Part shown: positions 1 through 8,148 of the stretch, in pieces | How the letters are laid out: each line of letters begins with the position of its first letter | Position numbering within the stretch: the first letter of the stretch is position 1 | Source of the DNA: an uncultured archaeon | GTDB taxonomy: Archaea > Asgardarchaeota > Lokiarchaeia > Sigyniarchaeales > SOKP01 | Length of the DNA: 22,660 nt | Assembly: GCA_964447495.1 (NCBI GenBank) | Contig: CAYUTF010000054.1 | Span: 1-22,660 of the forward strand | Reading direction: 5' to 3' | Made by a program: the position numbers and the translations under genes | The notes under the pieces: model-generated | What the model was told of the DNA's origin: nothing | Seen by the model: only the letters and a program-made list of their open reading frames with translations | The model's database searches: none

Positions 1-46
1 ACATGTTTTGCATGATCTTGATGCTTTTGCTCAAGAATGGGTCTAA
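1..46 (+). CDS. possible 3' end of an upstream gene (HVLHDLDAFAQEWV*)
   Basis: Frame 2 is open from the window edge to TAA at 44-46; too short to identify. Confidence 0.25.
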   Translation, partial: HVLHDLDAFAQEWV

Positions 47-150
47 ATTTCTTCATAAATTGCTTTGCTCTAGTTTTAAAAGTATCCTTCGATTCATATT
101 TTCTATCAGATGCGCAAAATATGTTAAAAGTTCGTGTAAACGGAGAGATA

Positions 151-354
151 ATGTATGCAAAACGTAATCTTTCAGGATTTGATTTTCTATATTTTCTTGC
201 GTTGTTAGGATCACTTATTGCAAATCCATTATGTTTAGTTGATATAATTTGAAATTTCTCATTTAGTGGAAGGAATTATTATATTTGCCCCGTCTGTAAA
301 ACCAAAGTAGACAAAAAAGAGGGAGTTTGCCCAAATTGTGGCAAGAAATTATAA
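151..354 (+). pseudogene. small membrane-anchored zinc-ribbon protein interrupted by an in-frame TGA
   Basis: GGAG at 142-145 precedes ATG 151. Hydrophobic segment FDFLYFLALLGSLIANPLCLVDII, TGA at 250-252, then the same frame reads NFSFSGRNYYICPVCKTKVDKKEGVCPNCGKKL to TAA 352-354 (two CxxC). Confidence 0.6.
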
Positions 355-381
355 TTAGCCCCCTTTAACAAACCAATTATT

Positions 382-3300
382 TTAATTTTCTTCAACTTGA
401 GGCTCAATATCTGGAAGCTCCAGCATACGTTTTGCCTCCTCCTTTAAATCAACACTGAAAATATCAGTAATGCCACTTTGCTGCATAGTAACTCCATAAA
501 TTCTATCCGCATTCACAATATTCTCCTCTCTATGACTTATAACTAAGAATTGTGCTTGAGCTGCAACCTCTTTAAGGAGCATAGAGACACGGTGTACATT
601 TGGACCATCCAATTGAGCATCTACCTCATCTAAAACGTAAAAAGGACTCGGAAGGAATTCCTGAACAGCAAAGATAAAGGAGAGCGCCACGAGGGTTTTC
701 TCACCACCACTGAGTATTTCCAAGCTTGAGATTTTTTTACCTCTTGGACGTGCTTCTATGCTTACTCCGCCCTCAAAAGGCTTATCAGGACGATCTAATA
801 TCATTTTGGCTGAGCCGCCAGGGGATAATTTTTGAAAGATTCGAGAAAATTCTCGATTAATTTCATGATATGCTTTCATAAAAGTACGAGTTTTTTCAAG
901 TTCAATTTTTTCAATAGCATCTAAGATGGATTTACGCTCGCGTTGTATGGTTTGTCGTCGCATATCTATCTCATCAAATCTCTCTTTAACCGTATCGAAT
1001 TGTTCTATTGCTTTTAAATTTACAGGCTCCAGTGCAGTTCTCTTTTTAGTTGCTTCAGAAATATCAGATTCGAGTCCTGTTTCAGATAAATCATCTGTTA
1101 CAGGGGGTAGGATGCCAAAATCCTTAGAGCGATGGTAGAGGGTTTCAATTTGATCCTTAGTAATAATGATTTTGGATTCATAGTTATTTAATTTCGAATT
1201 TTCCATAGAATGATCTGATTTTAAATCTGCTATTGCTTTCTGATATTTCTTTTGTTTGTTCCAAGATTCATCTTTTTGTTGGACATATCGATTTAACTCT
1301 TCTTGCTTTAGATTTTTATTTTCGTTTGCTTTCGATAAATCTTCTTCAATTTTTACTATTTCTTTTGAGATCGTGTCGATTTCCTTTTCTGTGTTAGTAA
1401 TATCTTGCCCTAACGAGAGAATTTTGTTTTCTCTTTCTTTATTTTTTCTCATATCGTTAAGGTTTCGTTGTAATTTTTGTAAATCGTTATTCAATTTATT
1501 TAAATTCTTTTGTGCTGTTTTTTGATCTTCTATTTCTTTAGTTTTCTCTTCTCCAAAGGCATCAATTTCTTTTTGTATTCCCTCAACCTCAACCTGAAAC
1601 GTCTCAATTTGCGTCTTATTTTCATCAATATTTTTCTTACATGCTTCAATGCTTACTGTTGCTTCCGAATTTTCATTTGACAATTCCTCGATAGAATTTA
1701 TAATCATCATAATATTATCCAAAGATCTCAATCTATTCATTGTTTCTTCTAGAATTTTATTTTGTTCGTCAATTTGAGCCCTTATAGTTTCAGTATTCTC
1801 CCAGAATTTTTCTTTTTTAGTTGTTAATTCGTTTATGTTCGAATTTATAGTATCTTGTTCAGTATTTAATGAATTTATCTTTTCATCAATATTACCTATA
1901 GTTTCCTTCTTTTTGTCTATTGATATGTTCAAATCATTAATCGTAGACTCAATCTCTATTATAGTTTCAAATAGGGATTGGATTCCTTGTAATTCTTGTA
2001 GATTGATTTGCAAATCATCTAATTCTTTTTGTTTCGAATCAATATTATCTTGGATGGTCTCAATATTTTCCCAATATTTAGATTTGAGCTCTTTTAATTC
2101 ATTAATATCTTTTGCATAGTTTTCTTTTTCTTTTTCATCAATTTGATTAGTTCTTTGGGTTATTTCTTCCTCAGATTTTCTGATTGTCTCATTTGCTTCT
2201 GAGATTCTTTTATTAATCTCTTCTAAACGTTTACTAAATACTGAAAAGTCTTCCGTATCGCGTTGTTTATTAATATTTATTTCGGTTAATTTATTTTCTA
2301 TACTATTTAAATCATCTGCTTGAGAGGTTAAATTAACTGAGATTTCTTCTAATTGTTTGTATAATTCTTGACTTTTTGACATAGTTAATTTTCTAAGAGA
2401 GATATAAACATTCTCAAGGATTTCCATAAGATCTTGAACAAAACTATCAAAGTTTGTAGTAGATTCTTGAATTTCAACATCAGCAGACTCTTTTACTTTT
2501 GAGATTAATTGATCTATTGTTGAATCAACATTATCAGTAAATAATGTTAAGGTTTGTAATATAGAATTAATTGTTTTGGAAGATTCAATTTCTTCTTCAG
2601 AACCAGTACTAACATCTTCAACAGTTTTCATAATATCAACGATATCTAATATAAATTTTCTAAAATCATCAGCAGAAGTTTCAATTGCTTCCGCATTAGA
2701 TTGTTGAATATTGCTTTTTATAGATTCTACACTAATATTGATATTTTGAGTTAACATATTTAGAATTTGAAGGATGCCAGTGATATCTTCGGTATTTCTC
2801 TCATATTCTTTTTCAGTTTTTTCGATCTTTGATAAGAACTCTTCTTTTTCTTTTGTTAATTCTTCTAATCTTCTCTGAATATTTTCTTTTTTAGAACTTA
2901 AATTATTTTCATCCTTATCTATTTTGTTTAAATTATTCTTTAAGCTGGTTATTTTTAGAGCAAGATCGCGTTTTTCACGGTCAAGAATAGTAAAGTCTCT
3001 TTTGACTAATTTTAATTTTGTATTTAAATTTTCAATTTTTGCTTTGTTGTCATATATTTCTGTTTCAATTGAATCTTGTTTCATTAGTAATAATTCAAGA
3101 TCTTGCTCATACTTTCTAAAAGTTGAATTTTCCTCCTTATACTCTTTCTTTAACTTACTTAATTCACTAAGGATTGTTGCTTTTTTATTGAGAATCTCTT
3201 TTAGAACAATTTCTGTATCTTTTCCCTCACTTAGTTCTTTAATTTTATTCTCAATAGAATTTTTTTTATCTTCCATCTCATTAATTCTGGAATTATTAAT

Positions 3301-4830
3301 TTTTATTTCTGTATTCAAGGATGATAGAGATGACTGTAAATTTAATTGAGTTGAGTTTAATTCATTTTGCTTATCTTGTAATTCTTTAATTTGATTTTCT
3401 AACTCTTTTTGATTTTGATTTTCAGTAGATATATTTAATTTTAATTCTTCTATTTTTTTTCTAATCTCTGTTTCCTCTTTTTTAGTAGCCTTTATAGCTT
3501 CTTCTATACTTTCTGCTTCTCCCTTAAGTTTTTTCAAATCATCTTCTAATTTTATCTTCTTTTCTTCATTTTTTTTTATATTTTCTTTAAGAATCTTGAT
3601 TTGAGTATTATCAGAGGATATATTTTGTTTAACCGTTGATATTTCAGATTTAAATGTAGATTGTTCTTTATTCTTTAACTTGATTTTATTATCCAAATCC
3701 GCTTGGTTTTGTTGCCTTATTTCGATTTCCTGCTTTGAATCTTCAATATGTTTTTCTGTTTCAGATATTTTATTATTAAAGTCTCCTATTAATGAATCAA
3801 ATGTTTGACCTTCTTCTAGTTTCACCTGTTGATTTTCTAAGGATACAATCTCTTTAGAATATTTGTCAATAGATTTCTTAGCGATTTCTAAACTAGTTTG
3901 ATTTGAAGATAGTTGAGTTTTTAATTGAGTTATATTCTCATTAATGGTTTCCCTTTCCTTTTCTTTGTCAATTATCGTTTTTTGGATGTTATCCATAAGG
4001 AGGGATTCTTGTTTTAATACTTCTTCTTGTCTATTTATTCTCTCTTCTAATTCTTCAATAACTTTAGTAGAATCCTCAACACTTTGTTGTAATTTCTCCT
4101 CTTCTTCTTTCAGTTTTGATATTTTTAATGCGATTAATTGAGCATTATAAAATTTTATTTTCTCATCCAATTCTTTCCAAGCTAAAGCGTCATTCTTTTC
4201 TTTCTCTACTTTTTTTAACTGTGATGAAACCTCTTTAAAAATCGCTTCGAACTGTCCTAAATCTCTTTCTGCTTTTTCTAATTCTTTCATTGTAGCATCT
4301 TTCATTTCATCATATTTCTGAAGCCCAATAAGTTCTTCGATAAACCTTCTGCGATCTTCTGGATTCATGTGTGTTAATTCAACAATTTTACCTTGCAGGA
4401 CAAATTGATTAGTCCCATCCGGATCTATATTTGCCGCCGCAAGAGCATTTAGAATTTGTTGACGTGTTGCTTTTTTACCATTTATTCTATATCCTCCTCC
4501 TCCGCCTCGTTTAATAGATCGAGATATTTCAAAAGTATCTCCAGGCGCTGGGAAAATTTGTTCAGAATTATCAAAATATAAAGTTACTTTTGCTCTTTGT
4601 GAAGGGTTTTTTCCTCTAGAACCAGCAAAGATCAAATCTTCTAAACTTTTAGCTCTCATCGTCTTTTTACTTAATCTTCCTAATGCAAACGTCAAGGCAT
4701 CTATTATATTGGATTTTCCCGCTCCATTTGGACCAACAATACACGTAAAACCACTTGAGAGTTTAATTGTTACGGTTCTATCCCCAAAACTTTTAAATCC
4801 TGACATAGAGATCTTTTTTATATGAGTCAT
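382..4830 (-). CDS. smc: SMC-family chromosome segregation ATPase, atypical (about 1482 aa, no canonical hinge)
   Basis: N-term GFKSF, Walker A GPNGAGKSN, Q-loop FVLQG, long coiled coils, PVNLKAI, signature LSGGEK, Walker B/D-loop FYVLDEVDAQLD, H-loop VISHR. ATG at 4830 preceded by GAGG is preferred over the TTG at 4845. Confidence 0.93.
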   Translation of the reverse strand: MTHIKKISMSGFKSFGDRTVTIKLSSGFTCIVGPNGAGKSNIIDALTFALGRLSKKTMRAKSLEDLIFAGSRGKNPSQRAKVTLYFDNSEQIFPAPGDTFEISRSIKRGGGGGYRINGKKATRQQILNALAAANIDPDGTNQFVLQGKIVELTHMNPEDRRRFIEELIGLQKYDEMKDATMKELEKAERDLGQFEAIFKEVSSQLKKVEKEKNDALAWKELDEKIKFYNAQLIALKISKLKEEEEKLQQSVEDSTKVIEELEERINRQEEVLKQESLLMDNIQKTIIDKEKERETINENITQLKTQLSSNQTSLEIAKKSIDKYSKEIVSLENQQVKLEEGQTFDSLIGDFNNKISETEKHIEDSKQEIEIRQQNQADLDNKIKLKNKEQSTFKSEISTVKQNISSDNTQIKILKENIKKNEEKKIKLEDDLKKLKGEAESIEEAIKATKKEETEIRKKIEELKLNISTENQNQKELENQIKELQDKQNELNSTQLNLQSSLSSLNTEIKINNSRINEMEDKKNSIENKIKELSEGKDTEIVLKEILNKKATILSELSKLKKEYKEENSTFRKYEQDLELLLMKQDSIETEIYDNKAKIENLNTKLKLVKRDFTILDREKRDLALKITSLKNNLNKIDKDENNLSSKKENIQRRLEELTKEKEEFLSKIEKTEKEYERNTEDITGILQILNMLTQNINISVESIKSNIQQSNAEAIETSADDFRKFILDIVDIMKTVEDVSTGSEEEIESSKTINSILQTLTLFTDNVDSTIDQLISKVKESADVEIQESTTNFDSFVQDLMEILENVYISLRKLTMSKSQELYKQLEEISVNLTSQADDLNSIENKLTEININKQRDTEDFSVFSKRLEEINKRISEANETIRKSEEEITQRTNQIDEKEKENYAKDINELKELKSKYWENIETIQDNIDSKQKELDDLQINLQELQGIQSLFETIIEIESTINDLNISIDKKKETIGNIDEKINSLNTEQDTINSNINELTTKKEKFWENTETIRAQIDEQNKILEETMNRLRSLDNIMMIINSIEELSNENSEATVSIEACKKNIDENKTQIETFQVEVEGIQKEIDAFGEEKTKEIEDQKTAQKNLNKLNNDLQKLQRNLNDMRKNKERENKILSLGQDITNTEKEIDTISKEIVKIEEDLSKANENKNLKQEELNRYVQQKDESWNKQKKYQKAIADLKSDHSMENSKLNNYESKIIITKDQIETLYHRSKDFGILPPVTDDLSETGLESDISEATKKRTALEPVNLKAIEQFDTVKERFDEIDMRRQTIQRERKSILDAIEKIELEKTRTFMKAYHEINREFSRIFQKLSPGGSAKMILDRPDKPFEGGVSIEARPRGKKISSLEILSGGEKTLVALSFIFAVQEFLPSPFYVLDEVDAQLDGPNVHRVSMLLKEVAAQAQFLVISHREENIVNADRIYGVTMQQSGITDIFSVDLKEEAKRMLELPDIEPQVEEN

Positions 4831-5030
4831 CACATTTTTCCTCAATTTAGTTTAGGTTTCACCTGAATAAGTTATTAATAAATGTGAAATAATTATTTTT
4901 TCCAAAAATTTTCTTATTTGAGTATAAAATTAAAGAATAATTATAACTATATATATAATCAGTATTTAATTTGTTAAGATTTCAGAGGATTTTATCTTAT
5001 AATTTGTTATTATCTTCTGTAGAAGAGTCC

Positions 5031-6224
5031 TTAATCTTTATCAAATATTGAATCTACTATTGTTTTAAGGTTTCTAGGATTTATAATTAAGTAGTAGCAG
5101 GAAGCGTCAGATAAATTATTATATCCAGAAGCTATTGTATTTCCTAGATTCTTTTTAGACAAGTTAATTATCCCAACACTCAACAAATTTCTAATAATGT
5201 TATGATATTGGGTTTTACTAACATCATATTCTATTGATTCGCATGAAATGACATATATTTCTTCTAATTTTTTATTAGTTATGTAATAATTTGAATGATG
5301 CAAGAAAAAGTTCGCTATATTATCGAGAAAGATAATTATTAGTAAGTCCTCTTCAGAGATATAAGTAAGTAATGAAAATTCATCTGTAACCTGAATTGTA
5401 TCAAATTGATTTTGGATAAGATCTACTAGATCTAGAAAGTGAATAGATTTTGGATTTTTAAGGAGGGGATATAGCTCTTTGAAGATTTCAATTCCTTTCC
5501 CAGGAACAGGTACATAATGTTCAAATATTAAATCTGTAATAAATTCGATCAATTCAGTGTCTATTTCGTGTAAAAAAGTCAACATAACTCTTTGCTTTAG
5601 AATGTCAAATAATTCCGAATATGAATAGAATTCTAATTTTTTTTTGTAATCAAACTCATTTAATATATCAAAGGTATTACTACGATTGACTCTATTTACT
5701 GTTGAGATGAGAGTTGTGTTTGTTTCTTTACTATATTTTAAGAATTTTTTAAAAAGTACAGGTTTTAAATCTTCAATGTTATTAAAAACTAAAATAAGTG
5801 GGTTCGTTAATTTGCTTGTAACTAATTTGAAAGTATTCCATAAATCGGATATACTTGAATTTAAAATTGATGTTATTTTTATCTCATAATTACCTATGAG
5901 AGAAACTTCTGCTAATAAACTAAACATTATTTCTTGCAGATCTTTATCTTTACAATCTACGCTAATTTCAGAGATAAATGTATTTTTTTGATTTTGAAAA
6001 GCTAAATCCTTTATGACTTTGTTAATTATTACTTTTTTACCGATTCCTTTTAATCCTTGATAAAGAACACTGCAAGAGAAATTATCTGAGAATGAATCAT
6101 TTAAAAGGGAATTTAAATTGTTCTCTTCTTTTATTCGGTGTAATATTTTTGGAGGGATATAATTCTGATCAAATAAGGCTCTTGGACCGATATAATCATT
6201 AAAATATTCGGACTTAACAATCAT
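5031..6224 (-). CDS. Cdc6/Orc1-like AAA+ protein with C-terminal winged helix and degenerate ATPase motifs
   Basis: N-term FDQNYIPPKILHR resembles the Cdc6 YxPxxLxHR start. Walker A-like GLKGIGKK, Walker B-like ILVFNNIE, YSYSELFDILKQR lid motif, C-terminal IY..SC...YHNIIRNLLSVGII winged-helix pattern. Confidence 0.8.
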   Translation of the reverse strand: MIVKSEYFNDYIGPRALFDQNYIPPKILHRIKEENNLNSLLNDSFSDNFSCSVLYQGLKGIGKKVIINKVIKDLAFQNQKNTFISEISVDCKDKDLQEIMFSLLAEVSLIGNYEIKITSILNSSISDLWNTFKLVTSKLTNPLILVFNNIEDLKPVLFKKFLKYSKETNTTLISTVNRVNRSNTFDILNEFDYKKKLEFYSYSELFDILKQRVMLTFLHEIDTELIEFITDLIFEHYVPVPGKGIEIFKELYPLLKNPKSIHFLDLVDLIQNQFDTIQVTDEFSLLTYISEEDLLIIIFLDNIANFFLHHSNYYITNKKLEEIYVISCESIEYDVSKTQYHNIIRNLLSVGIINLSKKNLGNTIASGYNNLSDASCYYLIINPRNLKTIVDSIFDKD

Positions 6225-6276
6225 TATATTTAATATTTATATTTTTAAAAATACTTTAAATATTAACTATTTAAAC

Positions 6277-6295
6277 TCCCCCAGAGAGTGGGGGG
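6277..6295. promoter_or_regulatory. GC-rich inverted repeat (TCCCCCA-GAGAG-TGGGGGG) upstream of the Cdc6-like gene
   Basis: 7-bp stem with 5-nt loop in an otherwise very AT-rich spacer; function unknown. Confidence 0.35.
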
Positions 6296-6359
6296 TGATT
6301 GAAAGTAAATTTAAAATTCTATAATGCAAATTTAGTAGTCAATTGAGATTGTTTAAGAT

Positions 6360-7178
6360 TTAGGTGGAGATATAGTGTATTTCAATTTCACTCTTTTCTA
6401 CTTTTTCACTTAATCTTTGCTTTCTTAACTTATTAGCAAAATCAATATCAATCTCATTATAAACATATCCCTTTGAATTATTAGCGCCTTCAATTATATT
6501 CAAAAGTGAAGGAGAATAATGTCCAGTAATGAAAGAGAGAATTTTACTATTACCTGAAAAGGTTCTATTAAAAATTTTACCATATGTATTACAAGCAACT
6601 ACTGGAATCCGATTTTCTAACGTACGAGCTTTTAAATAAATATCCCAATTATAAAGCCCTTCATCTCTTATTTGAGTTGGAGAAAATAAAATTTCTGCTC
6701 CACTTTCTGAAGCTAATCGGGGTGTTTCAAAAAACGCCATATCAAAACAAATTAAAATCGCAAAATTAAAAGTTTTTAACTTAAATATATTTAACTTTAA
6801 TGAAGGTTCAAACTCTTTTCTTTCATAAGAATAAAGATGAATTTTATCTTGGCGTCCAATTTCTTCCCCATTGGCATTAAAGAAATAGCATGTAATATAT
6901 GGTTTTTTATTCTCTGTTCGTTTCTCCCATATACCTCCTGAAATGATATTAATATTATATTCCTCAGCTAACTTTTTTATATATTGATAATCTTGGCCTC
7001 TTTCCTTTTGAAAATTAGCTGCTTTTTCTCTCGCATAGGGTACCCATCTTTCTGGTAAACATACAATTTCATATTTACTATGCTCTTTTAGTAAATCACT
7101 TAATATGGTCTCTATCTCCAGATAACATTTCTCTTTATTTTGAAGAATTTCTGGCTGAATACATGCAACATTTATCAT
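6360..7178 (-). CDS. carbon-nitrogen hydrolase (nitrilase superfamily)
   Basis: Glu-Lys-Cys triad motifs LPERW, DKIHL, ICFD; ARTLEN, FSGNS. Confidence 0.92.
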   Translation of the reverse strand: MINVACIQPEILQNKEKCYLEIETILSDLLKEHSKYEIVCLPERWVPYAREKAANFQKERGQDYQYIKKLAEEYNINIISGGIWEKRTENKKPYITCYFFNANGEEIGRQDKIHLYSYERKEFEPSLKLNIFKLKTFNFAILICFDMAFFETPRLASESGAEILFSPTQIRDEGLYNWDIYLKARTLENRIPVVACNTYGKIFNRTFSGNSKILSFITGHYSPSLLNIIEGANNSKGYVYNEIDIDFANKLRKQRLSEKVEKSEIEIHYIST

Positions 7179-7933
7179 TTTAATTCTCTGGAGGTGTTTA
7201 TCTTATTTAGATTAGTAATAATATCAAAAAGCTCATATAATTGAGATATTTCATAATCAGGAATATTATTTTCAGGTAAATTTAGTTTAGGTATTGGGAA
7301 ATCATATTTTCCACCCCTATGAATATATACACTATGTATCCTATTCATCTTCGCGGGAATGATATCTTTCTCAATATTATCTCCAACATATATAGTTTCA
7401 TATCCCTTAACTCCAAATTTCTTTAAAAAGTAATCAAAAAGAGTAGGATTAGGTTTCCTTATTCCAATCTCATCAGTTATTACGACTAAATCTATTAATT
7501 TATCAATCCCAAGTCTTAAGATTTTTTCATATTGCTTTATTGGAATTCCATCACTAATTATCGCAGATTTTATTCCCATAAGTCTTAACTTTTTAAGACA
7601 TGGTTTTACATCATCATATAATTTAATTGAATCTATTTTTTCTTGATGATATGCCATAACAGCGGCAGCAATATATTTATATTGTTCATTAAAAGAAATG
7701 GAAAATTTTTCTATTACATTCAATCTCCTAATGAAATAATCATAATGTTTTGATGAATTAGAGCCGTATTCTTTTACAATTTCTTGTAATAATAAAATTG
7801 CTTTTTCTCTATCTAATTTTAAGCCTAATTCAATCATTGCATCTATTCCCTTAATCCTTGCTCTTTCTGAAAGTCCTGTAGAATCAAAAAGGCAGTCATC
7901 TAAATCAAAACCTATAAGTTTTATTGGACACAT
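7175..7933 (-). CDS. HAD-superfamily hydrolase (archaeal TIGR02253-like)
   Basis: Motif I FDLDDCL, motif II ISDG, motif III KP, motif IV VGDNIEKD; ATGA overlap with the nitrilase start. Confidence 0.92.
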   Translation of the reverse strand: MCPIKLIGFDLDDCLFDSTGLSERARIKGIDAMIELGLKLDREKAILLLQEIVKEYGSNSSKHYDYFIRRLNVIEKFSISFNEQYKYIAAAVMAYHQEKIDSIKLYDDVKPCLKKLRLMGIKSAIISDGIPIKQYEKILRLGIDKLIDLVVITDEIGIRKPNPTLFDYFLKKFGVKGYETIYVGDNIEKDIIPAKMNRIHSVYIHRGGKYDFPIPKLNLPENNIPDYEISQLYELFDIITNLNKINTSRELK

Positions 7934-8148
7934 ACACTTTAAGACCGGAAACTTTAATTAATTAATTTTAAAATACCTATTGAATAATCAATTCATAAAA
8001 TCTCTACTAGAGCCTATAGGTATTTAGTTAAGTTAAATTTATTTATCTTTAAATATATATAATCTTTAAATATTAATTTAATATGCTTTAGACTATAAAT
8101 ATTTAATTCAGGTTATGAAACTTTAAAATATTTGTGGGGATTTAGTTA

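Noticed and set aside
37-150. ORF-track start at 37
   Set aside because: ATG 151 has a GGAG site and gives a coherent small protein; the extension has no recognisable features.
926-4141. Five + strand ORFs (926-1138, 1256-1525, 1835-2119, 2924-3349, 3944-4141)
   Set aside because: Antisense shadows of the E/K/N-rich SMC coiled coil; S/F/L/I-rich with no motifs.
6225-6359. Definite replication origin
   Set aside because: No repeated ORB or mini-ORB consensus, and the adjacent initiator looks inactive; kept only as a weak finding.
5686-6769. + strand ORFs 5686-5889 and 6584-6769
   Set aside because: Fully antisense to the Cdc6-like and nitrilase genes.
7175-7178. Genome-wide TGA reassignment suggested by two in-frame TGAs
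   Set aside because: TGA is a real stop here (ATGA overlap of HAD and nitrilase; end of DUF2095), and long genes contain no internal TGA.
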